Positions 1 to 19,211 of a DNA stretch of 64,000 nucleotides are shown here, in pieces. The position numbers and the translations under genes are program-made. Each line of letters begins with the position of its first letter. Position 1 is the first letter of the stretch. Source of the stretch: the human T2T-CHM13v2.0 reference genome, Homo sapiens; assembly GCF_009914755.1 (NCBI RefSeq), contig NC_060926.1. One strand, written 5' to 3'. Under the pieces are notes generated by a model. The model searched no databases and had not been told where the DNA came from. It was given only the letters and a program-made list of their open reading frames with translations.

Positions 1-539
1 ACTTTTAAACCTAAGGCTACTGAGGAAATTCTGTGATCTTAAGCGAATGTAAGGCCTCAAAACGTGTCAACACGTCCACCCAAAAGTAAACTGCATCTAC
101 CCAAGGTTTTGTGTTGAAACCCACCTCCCGCCTCCGATCTCATGCTTGAGTAGGCCGAGGTGGGAAGAAGCTCCGATATGTGGAAGTGGGAAAGTTTAAG
201 GAGATAGGAAAGAAACAACTTTTCTGAGTAGATGTTGTTTTCGAGTCTGTCGAGTCAAGCGCTGGTGTGTGTTTGTTTACCCACTGAGGGGAGGGAACTG
301 GGAGGACCAGTGCGTTGAGGGTTGGTTGAGTCATGGGACGGCCACCGCCCTTCCCGAGCGAGCAGAAGCAGACCCTACCAGGGATACTGGGAATCTGGAA
401 GCCCACTTCCTGCCCCACACGGGGATACCGGGGCAGCACCACACTCCCTAGCCGCCCTGCCTACTGTGGGATAAGAAAACGGGCTCGACTGCCTGGACCT
501 AGACCCGGACTCGGAACCCGGGGTACTTCGTCAACCAGA

Positions 540-1120
540 AAACGAACCTGTGTAGGCGCAGTGTCAGCGGCAGCCGCCGGGGCGCATGCGCGGCCCGCCC
601 TATCCGGGGGGGGGGGTGGTTAGGCCGCGTCACGTGACGGGCTCAGCGCTCCGCAGTCACGTGACGCTCGTCCGCAACCTCTGCTGTCCTCCGCGGCGCC
701 CCCTTCCGCCTGACGCGCCCCCGGCGGCGGCCGCGCAGCCCTGGCTCCTCGCGGGCTCGGGCGGCGGCTGCGGCGGGGCTATGGCGAGCGGCGGTGGCGG
801 GGGTAACACTGGCGCGGGTGGGGGGCCGGGGATGGGCCTGAGCCTGGGCCTGGGTCTGGGTCTGAGCCTAGGCATGAGTGAGGCCACCAGTGAGGCAGAG
901 GAGGAGGCGGCCACGGCCGAGGCGGTGGGACGCCTGGCCACGACGCTGTGGCTGCGGCTCCGCGGCTGGGAGGCGGTGCTGGCGGCGGCGCAGCGGTTGC
1001 TGGTGTGGGAGAAGCCGCTGCACAGCCTGGTCACGGCGGCCGCGCTCAACGGCCTCTTCTGGTAACGGCCGCGGAGGAGGGGGCGGGGCCGGGATGAGCG
1101 GGGGAGGGAGGGGTCGAGAG
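540..1120. promoter_or_regulatory. CpG-island promoter of RETREG2, probably shared divergently with upstream CNPPD1
   Basis: CpG-rich. NRF1 palindrome GCGCATGCGC at 582-591, G11 run at 606-616, two perfect GTCACGTGAC palindromes at 629-638 and 656-665. The CNPPD1 neighbour comes from knowledge of the locus; its CDS is not in the window. Confidence 0.85.
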
Positions 1121-4100
1121 CACCATTCCCCTTTCTGGGTTATCACTTGGCCTGGGGGCATGACCCATCCCCAGTTTTTGCAGGCTGACATCCGCTTGAA
1201 TTGCCCATTTTTTTCTATCTCTGAGTCGTGAGTCGCGAGTTAGGCCTGGAGGTGCCATTACCCCATCAGTAGGCGCCTTTCCACCTTCTGAGATGGATGC
1301 ATGAGCCTGTCTCACCCACTCACTGCTGAGGTGCCTGTCTCTCCCTAAGGTTGCTGTCTTCCTCGTCCCTCCGGCCCTTCTTCCTACTCAGCGTCTCACT
1401 TTTGGCCTATTTTCTGCTGGATCTCTGGCAGCCTCGCTTTCTCCCTGACGTTTCAGGTGAGTGTTTCTTCATTCAGTAAGCACCCATTGGGTACTTGCTT
1501 GGTGCCTGATTCCGCTGGGTGGGGTTAAGTGGCGAGGGGAACGTACAGCAGGCCACCTGCCTCCCAGGCATGGCCCACTTCCTTTTTGTACGGAATTCCC
1601 TAAAATGAGAATTGCCCCTTTCCCAAACTAATACTACTGTAGGTGCAGTGGTTAAGATGGTGAAGTCTGCAGCCATATTACCTGGGTTCCATTCTCTGTT
1701 CTGCCATTTACCATTGCTGTGACCTTGTAAAAGTAGCTCAATTTCTGTTTGTCTCAATTTCCTTATCTGTAAAACACAGATGATAGAACTTACTTCATAG
1801 AGAGGTGAGGAGAGGATTAATGAGTTAATACACATGCTATACTTATGATAGTGTTTCACATATAAGCCTTATAAATAGAACGTCAGTGTTGTTTTTCTTG
1901 TTATCCATATAATTTACTTAGTAGGTGACAGGCTGTATGTGAGTTGCTTGGGAGATAAGCATGAGTAAAATCTAGTTCTTATGTTGGAGAAGGGTAATGT
2001 CTAAAGGAGACAGACGCAAACAAAAACATGTAACAGCTCCCCCATTGGCATCTGAAGAAGGTGCTCTGGGGCTGCAGAGGAGGGACAACTATTTCTGCCT
2101 TGGGGAGTGTCTCCCAGGGCCCCTACCACTCAATAATTTGCCCCCCTCCTCTCTCTCTAGCATCATCCCCAGAGGAGCCACACTCTGACAGGTGAGTACA
2201 GGCCACCTCTTGAAGACAAATGCCCACATCCTGTCCTGCTTGCTGGTGCCAGTGTCACCATGGAGCAGGGCAGTGCCCCAGCATTGTGAATGAACTGGTA
2301 ACAAGCCATGGGTTTTTCATGGTCCTAGGCTCCTGTGTAGGTGTTTGCGTGCCTGCTCCTTTTGGGGCAGAGGGTTGGGTCCTCCTGGCTTTGCTTCTAA
2401 GACCAGGACAGCCTCCTTTTGAGAGGTGGGGTCATTTGCTTTTTTAGACTAAAGATATCTTTGGCATTCTCAGAGGGATTTAAGTGTCTAGGAAGCTGGT
2501 ATCTGAGGCCTCCAGGGGTCATGTCATGTCTCCCCAGTGAGGGTGCGGGGTCAGGCGCCCGGCCGCACCTGCTGAGTGTGCCCGAGTTGTGCAGATACCT
2601 GGCTGAGAGCTGGCTCACCTTCCAGATTCACCTGCAGGAGCTGCTGCAGTACAAGAGGCAGAATCCAGCTCAGGTAACCTCCCCTACATCATACAACAGT
2701 TCACTACACTGAAGGGGAATAGAGGTGGCGGGGGATGGGAGTGGAGTGATATAAACTCCCCGCTTGGAGACCCTGAAAGAAGAGGCCTGGGCGCCTTCTT
2801 GAGGCAACATTCACAGCTAATCCCTGGTGCAGGAGGCAGTCTCACCTCAGGAAATAAGCTTTTGATAGCCTGACACTTTCTCCTGCCAAGGCAGACCAGT
2901 GTGAATTACAGGTGGTGGGCATTATGTATTGCCAGCTTCCTGAATTGGTGGTCTTGAGCATCCTCTTAACCAAACTGGACCACCCCATTCCTTGAGTACA
3001 TACCCATCCTTCTACCAGCTGAGCAGTAGTTTCTTACCCAGCCGAGCGGGGCGCATATCTCAGCGTGATGTTCTTAGACTTTTGCTCTTCTCTGCAGTTC
3101 TGCGTTCGAGTCTGCTCTGGCTGTGCTGTGTTGGCTGTGTTGGGACACTATGTTCCAGGGATTATGATTTCCTACATTGTCTGTGAGTAGGGTCTGTCCC
3201 TGCCCTATTTAAAGCCCTCTCCTTTCTTCTTTCCTTGGACTGACCCAGAGGGAAGACTATGCTCTCTCTGCTCAGTTTCTGATTTGTGGAGATCTCCAGG
3301 GATGCTTTAGTATTAGTAACTGTGGAAGACTTACCTGGGGAGGAGGGCAGTGGATGTGGCAAGAAGAGGTTGGCACAGCCTTGGGAAAGGACCTTGCCTA
3401 CCTTCAGCACTTCAGTTTAGGGACCAGTTGAATGGGGGCTCTTAGGAAATTGGCGTAGGGAGCTCTTAGTTCACGTTCTTAACCCATAGTGTTGAGTATC
3501 CTGCTGTGGCCCCTGGTGGTTTATCATGAGCTGATCCAGAGGATGTACACTCGCCTGGAGCCCCTGCTCATGCAGCTGGACTACAGCATGAAGGCAGAAG
3601 CCAATGCCCTGCATCACAAACACGACAAGAGGAGTAAGGGGCTGCCCTAAGCCAGGAGGGTGAAAGAGCGGGAGGGCCTTGGCTTGGGGTTCATGAGATG
3701 CCCTGGAATTGAGATCTTCTCCAGTTCTTTAGCTGTGTTTGTCTCCCCTCCCATCATTCATGCTTGGTCATTGCTCTACTACTCTTGCTTTTCTAGAGCG
3801 TCAGGGGAAGAATGCACCCCCAGGAGGTGATGAGCCACTGGCAGAGACAGAGAGTGAAAGCGAGGCAGAGCTGGCTGGCTTCTCCCCAGTGGTGAGGTCC
3901 AGGGAAAGCGGGGGTGTCAAATAGAAAGCCAGAGGAAAAATCTTTCTGCTTTGGAGCTGCCACCTCCAAAGGAGGTGGAAGCCAGAGGTTTTGGGAGAGG
4001 GGATGCTCCTGATAAATTGGTTCTCTTATCCCCTCACATGTCGTGTTCATCCTGCTTCTCCTGCCAGGTGGATGTGAAGAAAACAGCATTGGCCTTGGCC

Positions 4101-5057
4101 ATTACAGACTCAGAGCTGTCAGATGAGGAGGCTTCTATCTTGGAGAGTGGTGGCTTCTCCGTATCCCGGGCCACAACTCCGCAGCTGACTGATGTCTCCG
4201 AGGGTATGGGGAGCCCTTTGCTGCCCTGCTCCCCGCCACAATCTTTGTGTTCCCTACCATGGGTACTTACTGTGCTCTCTGGCCCACTCACTCTCTAATT
4301 CTCTCAGCTCCTAAAAGACCTTAACACCTAAGGCTTGGCCCAGCTTTCCATGTCTTGAGTTCTCATCCTTGAACTCATTGTCTGTTGTGGCTAATCAGAC
4401 CAGCAGCAGGCCCATTCTTAATTCTTTGTTCTCTGCACAGATTTGGACCAGCAGAGCCTGCCAAGTGAACCAGAGGAGACCCTAAGCCGGGACCTAGGGG
4501 AGGGAGAGGAGGGAGAGCTGGCCCCTCCCGAAGACCTACTAGGCCGTCCTCAAGCTCTGTCAAGGCAAGCCCTGGACTCGGAGGAAGAGGAAGAGGATGT
4601 GGCAGCTAAGGAAACCTTGTTGCGGCTCTCATCCCCCCTCCACTTTGTGAACACGCACTTCAATGGGGCAGGGTCCCCCCAAGATGGAGTGAAATGCTCC
4701 CCTGGAGGACCAGTGGAGACACTGAGCCCCGAGACAGTGAGTGGTGGCCTCACTGCTCTGCCCGGCACCCTGTCACCTCCACTTTGCCTTGTTGGAAGTG
4801 ACCCAGCCCCCTCCCCTTCCATTCTCCCACCTGTTCCCCAGGACTCACCCCAGCCCCTGCCTGCCCCTGAGGAAGAAGAGGCACTCACCACTGAGGACTT
4901 TGAGTTGCTGGATCAGGGGGAGCTGGAGCAGCTGAATGCAGAGCTGGGCTTGGAGCCAGAGACACCGCCAAAACCCCCTGATGCTCCACCCCTGGGGCCC
5001 GACATCCATTCTCTGGTACAGTCAGACCAAGAAGCTCAGGCCGTGGCAGAGCCATGA
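781..5057 (+). CDS. RETREG2: Reticulophagy regulator 2 (FAM134A), ER-phagy receptor, 543 aa, 9 coding exons
   Basis: Exons 781-1061, 1350-1456, 2161-2191, 2538-2673, 3098-3182, 3490-3633, 3797-3891, 4068-4203, 4441-5057; all GT-AG; total 1632 nt. Starts [14 protein letters not shown], has reticulon-homology hydrophobic segments, and a C-terminal LIR (EDFELL; FELL at 4899-4910). Confidence 0.97.
1645..1880 (+). mobile_element. MIR SINE fragment in RETREG2 intron 2
   Basis: MIR core-like sequence (ctctgttctgccatttacc...gtgaccttg...ctcaatttccttatctgtaaaa); boundaries approximate. Confidence 0.6.
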
Positions 5058-6763
5058 GCCAGCCGTTGAGGAAGGAGCTGCAGGCACAGTAGGGCTTCTT
5101 GGCTAGGAGTGTTGCTGTTTCCTCCTTTGCCTACCACTCTGGGGTGGGGCAGTGTGTGGGGAAGCTGGCTGTCGGATGGTAGCTATTCCACCCTCTGCCT
5201 GCCTGCCTGCCTGCTGTCCTGGGCATGGTGCAGTACCTGTGCCTAGGATTGGTTTTAAATTTGTAAATAATTTTCCATTTGGGTTAGTGGATGTGAACAG
5301 GGCTAGGGAAGTCCTTCCCACAGCCTGCGCTTGCCTCCCTGCCTCATCTCTATTCTCATTCCACTATGCCCCAAGCCCTGGTGGTCTGGCCCTTTCTTTT
5401 TCCTCCTATCCTCAGGGACCTGTGCTGCTCTGCCCTCATGTCCCACTTGGTTGTTTAGTTGAGGCACTTTATAATTTTTCTCTTGTCTTGTGTTCCTTTC
5501 TGCTTTATTTCCCTGCTGTGTCCTGTCCTTAGCAGCTCAACCCCATCCTTTGCCAGCTCCTCCTATCCCGTGGGCACTGGCCAAGCTTTAGGGAGGCTCC
5601 TGGTCTGGGAAGTAAAGAGTAAACCTGGGGCAGTGGGTCAGGCCAGTAGTTACACTCTTAGGTCACTGTAGTCTGTGTAACCTTCACTGCATCCTTGCCC
5701 CATTCAGCCCGGCCTTTCATGATGCAGGAGAGCAGGGATCCCGCAGTACATGGCGCCAGCACTGGAGTTGGTGAGCATGTGCTCTCTCTTGAGATTAGGA
5801 GCTTCCTTACTGCTCCTCTGGGTGATCCAAGTGTAGTGGGACCCCCTACTAGGGTTAGGAAGTGGACACTAACATCTGTGCAGGTGTTGACTTGAAAAAT
5901 AAAGTGTTGATTGGCTAGAACTGCTGCCTCCCTGACTGTGAGCTGCCTTCCACACCCTGCACTGCACTGTGTTCTCTCCTCACCCTTAACCTGCTTCACT
6001 CCAGTCTGTTCTGGCTGTTTATTACCTTGTTGCAAAACAGGGCCGAAGCAAGGATTACCTTGACAACCCTAGCTTCTCCTTAGCCATCTTCCTTGACAGT
6101 GTGATCTGTTTAGTGAGATTTAGCATGTGTGAATAAAGTATATGCAGGAGGAAATTGCTTTGTCTTCCCAATCGGTAGAAATTCGGGACCATAAAAATTG
6201 TGTTTTACCATGTGGCCTACAACCTTAACACTGCTTTCTTAAGAAGTCTTCACCCATCTACATGCTAACAACTCACTCAGCCTGGATTTATCTTTACTGG
6301 GGAAGCCAAACAAGCAATAGAGGACCTTTACCTGTGTTAGAAATGAGTTGGAGCCAAGGAACACTGAAGAAATAGTATCTTAACAGTTACTGAGTCCATT
6401 GTATGTGCTTGGCTCTGCTCTGAGTGGTTTATATGTATTAAGATTTTTCCTCACAGGTCAGATATATACTGTTACTAACTTCATTTTATAGACAGGTTAA
6501 GTTTCCTGAAGGCCACAGGTCCCAGTAAATTGTGGAGCCAGAACCCAAACCCAAGAAGTTTTGGCTTCAGCAAATGCATCAGACAGCCCCTGTCCATTAA
6601 TAGGGCACAGGTGGGAAGATGCACAAGGATGTGGGAACTATAGAGAACCAATCTGATGCCTTGGCTTAACAAAGAGTGGACATGGCAAGCCTTCCTCTTC
6701 GGGGAAGAAAAGCCCAGAACTGAGCAGATGGCCTCCTTTATGAGTTCATGTCCTCCGCCTTCA

Positions 6764-6874
6764 GCTGGAGGTACCATATGGCGATGCTACCTGTCTTTCT
6801 GCTGGAGGTACCATATGGTAATGCTGCCTGTCTTTCTGCTGGAGGTACCATATGGTAATGCTGCCTGTCTTTCT
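6764..6874 (+). repeat. 37-bp tandem repeat, 3 copies, in the RETREG2 3'UTR
   Basis: Unit GCTGGAGGTACCATATGGTAATGCTGCCTGTCTTTCT at 6764, 6801 and 6838; copies 2 and 3 are identical. Confidence 0.93.
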
Positions 6875-7189
6875 GAGGTTGACTTTTATGCCATGTCTTT
6901 CCTAAGTGTGTAAGAATTTTTCTGTTTGCTTCACATTTGACTGAGAATCATTCTAGGGTTTGATTGAGCCCCTGTCCTGTGCCACTAAAGGAACTTGAAC
7001 TTTTCATCACTTAGAGATTTCAGAGGGGAATGGAAAAACAGTTCTAATCAATAAGCAAGCAATTCAAGAAAAATAGAATTAATCAGGCAATGGCTGCAAC
7101 ATGTCCTATCTTTAATCTATTTTCTTATTAAGCTTGGACATTGACAATAGAACCAGAAGCTTGTAGCTGGATCAAAATATTCTCCATAG

Positions 7190-7595
<406 letters not shown>

Positions 7596-8386
7596 TGATG
7601 GTTGCTACATGTTTGTCTATGATTTTTTTTTTCTATTATCAGGTGTCTTGGCCGGTTCATGCCCCACGATGAAAGGGCCAGAGGTTTTCATATGAGTAAA
7701 AGAAAAAAGCAGAAATGTGAAACCTACAATTAGGCTAAACAAAAATCAACTGGAAAAGTACAGGCTGAGGGGAGAAGAGTTGGCTACATGTTTATGTTAG
7801 GGGAGGAGGGAGTACATTTTAGCTATGTATTCAAACAGCTAATAGTTTAATGTTGCTGCTTATAAACTTAATTTTAGGCTGCATTAATAAAAGTGTAGTC
7901 TCCAAAACAAGAAATGTGATAATTCTAGTGTCCTGTGCACGAATATCCTAATACTTCCAGAGGATGGCTTGCTAGGCTTGTGGGCAAATTGTAGTATGTC
8001 CAGGAGATGACTGCTAGAAATGAAGGCTGAAAATCATCATAGGACAAACTGTTGGAGGAACTGGGAATCTCTAATCCAAGAAGAGAGCTGAGTTGGTTCA
8101 CATCAGCTGGCTTCAAACTTCAAAGGTTTGTCTGCAGGACTTCAGAGGGCAGATACGAGTTGAGTTTGGTTGATAATAGTGCTAGGTAGAATTTAATTTT
8201 CTAGTCAAGGGAATATTGCAAAGCAGATTTAAATGATCTTCAAAAGTATAATGATCAAGGGCGGTAATTCTAAGAATAATTCCAACATGGAAGGACAATA
8301 TTATCACCATGTTTTGCTTTTAATGTCCAACTAAAGTCAGCTTGGACTTCTCTTCCTCTGTCTGCTCCCTTAAAAGTTGGTATTTT

Positions 8387-8713
<327 letters not shown>

Positions 8714-8867
8714 TCACTTGTCTTTGCCCTCTGCTCACTCATCATGGACGATTTCATATATTCACCCATATAGTTCCCACTCAGATGCGGATGCCTTCTA
8801 AATCTTAGTTCATTTCCTTTCCCAGAACTCCCAACTAGGCATCTCCACTTGAATGTCCCATGGGTAC

Positions 8868-9560
<693 letters not shown>

Positions 9561-10002
9561 ACAACGGAAAATGGATGAAGACAGGTAACCTTCTGCTCAT
9601 TATATCCAAAACTGAACACATCCTCTTTCCACTCTGCACTCCACTCCCCCACCTCCCCAAAACAGAAGTCTTTTTCTGTAATTTCCATCTCACTTGCTGG
9701 TATACCAACCACGAAGGCCTCCTCTCCCTCATCTCACACTCAGTTGATCACCAGTTGCTGCTGATTTCTTGACTGTCACCTCCATCACAGCCCTGACTCA
9801 CATCCTCCTCGTCTCATCTGGCCCAGTGGGACAGTTTCCCTGCCATATTCTTGTCCCCCCACCTGAAATTTGTGCCCAAGAAGGTGGCTGGATTATCTTA
9901 AAACACAAATCTGATGACCTCTCTACTACTTACTGTTAACTGATGGCTCTCCTCCTCTGAGACATAAATTCAACCTCCCTGATACAGTCAAGAAGTCTTC
10001 TG

Positions 10003-10351
<349 letters not shown>

Positions 10352-10489
10352 CTACCACACAAAATTTACTTGGAAATTATATCAAAGGATTTGGACTGAC
10401 AATGTACTAATTTTTTAAAATTAAAAATACAATTTATCAACACATGAGAAATGAACAAATTTAGTAATAACTAAGAAATATACAAACAA

Positions 10490-12985
<2,496 letters not shown>

Positions 12986-13344
12986 AGAGCAAATAATTTT
13001 ATTTTCAATTATTTATGATTACATTTTCATTTTTATTAGAGTTTAATTTTTTACTTTAACATGTTATTACTTCTGTTGATTTATATTAAAATAATTATAT
13101 TTAAGTCATATTTCTACATTTAGTTATATATAAATATATACATAAATGTTTGTCTTTCAAAGGTATTAAGCATTTTGTTTTTAATGTTGAACATTTTGCT
13201 TTAAAAATAAATTACCATTTTATATAAAATAAATACTGAAATACTAGTGAAGTCACTGTGCACTGGTCTTTCCATTTCTAACCGCTGGTAATTACTGGCA
13301 CTGGGATTTGAACTCAGAATAGCTCCAGTTTTACATTTCGTCTA

Positions 13345-14090
13345 AATCAGGGTTTCTCAAAGACTGTACTACTGACATTTTGAGCCAGATAATTATTATT
13401 TGGTGGTAGGTGGGGCTGACTGTCTTATTCATTGTAGAATGTTTTTTGTTTGGTTGGTTTTGGGTTTTTGTTTTGTTTTGTTTTTTTGTTTTTGAGACAG
13501 GGTCTCACTTTGTTGCCCAGGCTGGAGTGCAGTGGCATGAACACAGCTCACCTGCAGCCTCAACCTCCTGGGCTCAAGTGATCCTCCCACTTCAGCCTCC
13601 CAAGTATATGGGGACTACAGTTGTGTGCCACCACACTCAGCTAATTAGAAAATTTTTTTTTTAATTTTTAATGTGTGTGGGTACATTGTAGGTGTATATA
13701 TTTATGGGGTACATGAGATATTTTGATACAGGCATGCAATGAGTAATAATGACACCAGGGCAAATGGGGGTATCCATCACCTCAAGCATTTATCCTTTGT
13801 GTTACAAACAATCCAATTATACTCTTTTAGTTATTTTTAAATGTACAATTAAATTATTTTTGACTATAGTCACTCTGTTGTGCTAGCAAATACTAGGTCT
13901 TATTCATTCTTTCTAATTTTTAAAATTTTTGTAGCGCCTGGGTCCCGCCATGTTGCCCAGGCGACGTAGAATGTTTAGTATCATCCTCGCTTGCTTGCCA
14001 CCCATTTGATGCCAAAAGACACCCCCCTCCTACCTCCCCACCCCCCAAATATCCCCTGGAGGCAAAATTGCCCTGGTGGATCACCACTGA
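13345..14090. mobile_element. Nested repeats: MER20-like DNA element split by an AluJ (-), which is itself split by an L1MA 3' end (about 13668-13915)
   Basis: TSD gtagaatgttt at 13434-13444 and 13966-13976 around the Alu; L1MA 3' sequence gggtacattgtaggtgtatatatttatggggtacatgaga sits at the Alu linker. Confidence 0.7.
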
Positions 14091-14669
14091 TCTAACTGAT
14101 AGTACCCTCTGGTTATATGGGAAAACTGCTAAACTTGGAAGCAGGAGGTGAGTTTGAACCCTAGTTTTTGCCACCTGAATATAGATGTTTATACACACAC
14201 ATTTCAAAACAATACAAAAATTACCTGGCTGTTCAGCTTCATATCTCTCCCCATTTCCTTCCTCTAATGGGATATTCCAACCCCAGAACAGCAGGTGTTT
14301 ATAACCCTCCCTTCTCATTCCTCTCTTGTATTTGCATCTTTCAGTCAGGACCACTTTTCTGTCCATCTCACCTGGACAATCCTGAGTCACTCTTCAAGAC
14401 TGAGCTCAGACAAGCTAAAGGCAGGCCCCTGAAAGGCAGAGGTGGCTAGCCCCATGGCAGGAGAGGGCTTAGAGGCTGTGATTAAAGATTCAAAGCCACT
14501 AGGACCTTGGTTTTAATGTTAAGGGACCACCTAAACTTTCCTGAAGATGAGGCTAATTCTGGCTGAGGGAAAACAAAAGAAGCCAGGAAGCTTCTCAGGA
14601 AGTAAAACTGAGGAACAGAGCTCGAATCTGACTCAAGAAAGCAGGTTTGAAGAGACAGAACACAAATAA

Positions 14670-17438
<2,769 letters not shown>

Positions 17439-18779
17439 CTGAGCATTCTTAATAAGTTATATTATTATATTATTAGTAGTCTAGTTATATAAATTATATT
17501 TTTACATTCCCTGCATTGTACTTGTTTTCCTCCTCACCACCATTTATGTCTTTATTTTGGCTTCTGTCTTTCATGGAAGAGACTTCCCTCAAACCCTGGT
17601 TTGCTCCTTCATATCTGAGCAGAGGCACTTAAAGGCCAACTGAATGCTCTCTAAAATTCGAAGATTTGCATCTTCCCTGCAGGGTGAGGTGGCAGAGACA
17701 ACCATTGTGTTGAGATCCCTCAATGCCCAGAGAATTTTTAGGCTGCTCGGTTCTTCCAGAGAAGAACCCTGCAGCCTCTGGCCTGGGGACCATGAACCTG
17801 GCTGCTAGTGCTCTAGAGTCAGGAGAAAATAGCTGCAGTTTCTCTCCCTCTTCACCCTCAGCTGGCTGACAACCTGAAGCCCAGGGACCCATTGCTTCAT
17901 TCTCTCCAGAGAACCCAGATACCTCCTGCCTTTTCTGGGGGGGCAGTGGGAGAGGGGCAGTCACCCAGCTGCCCAGGCTGGAGGAGGGAACATGAGGGTC
18001 TAACTGCTCCTTATGTCGAGTTTAAACTCACCCTTCATTTCCAGCCCCCTCCTTCCACCCCTACCTTTGGAAAGTTTGATGCTCCCAGTCCCAAGCCTTT
18101 CAGCGGCAACGAAGTCAACACTGGCCTGCCGCTTGTTGTTCCCACCGTTTCAACTTCCTCGGACCCTAGTCAGTTTTCCTTCTTCCATCAGATGTTTAGC
18201 TCCCAAAATGTTTTTGTCATATCTTCATGTATTGTTTTCGCTTCTGTTCTCCTTATTGTTTTACTGTTATTTTGGTGGGGTTTGGGAAGGAAGCAAACAT
18301 AAAATCACATGCATTCATTTTACCACATTTAGCAGAGTCTCTTTCACCTCTCACCTCTTGCACCCTCAGACTCCTCTGAGCTCTACTTGAAGGTCATCCA
18401 TAACCTTTGTGCTGCTCTCCCCAGGCCCCGCCTCTGGCTAGAGTGCATTTGGCATCTTGTCTGCCTGAAGCACTCTCACTGTGCCTCCCCAGCCTCACTC
18501 TTGGCCATTACTGGCTCCCATTTCCGTGTCCTGCACCTTCCCATTAGAGCATCGGTTTCAAACGTGGAGTTATGAAATTAGTGGGCTGTGCAATCAATTC
18601 GGTGCAGCTTAAACAACATTGATTTTATATTTATATACATTGGGAGGAGATGTAAGATATATTTCTTACCGTAGGTCAAAGCTGAAAAACTTGGAAAGCC
18701 ACTGTATTCGGTCCTTCTCACTTTGAACTAGTTGCTGCATCTAAGACCTGACAACTCCAGTTGGTATTTAGCAGATTGT

Positions 18780-19116
<337 letters not shown>

Positions 19117-19211
19117 ACTTTAGCAGATTGAATATATATGAAATCACTGTATAACCTGTAAAGTTACATGAATCTGAACTATTTGTCTAAACTAGGCATC
19201 TAAAATGAGCT

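Noticed and set aside
1-540. Possible CNPPD1 alternative first exon on minus (donor-like site near 378)
   Set aside because: No coding sequence, and not enough in the sequence alone to define an exon.
586-780. Open frame upstream of the RETREG2 ATG, a possible N-terminal extension
   Set aside because: The ATG at 586 lies in the NRF1 promoter motif, probably upstream of the TSS; GC-rich sequence lacks stops by chance; no in-frame CTG in the likely leader.
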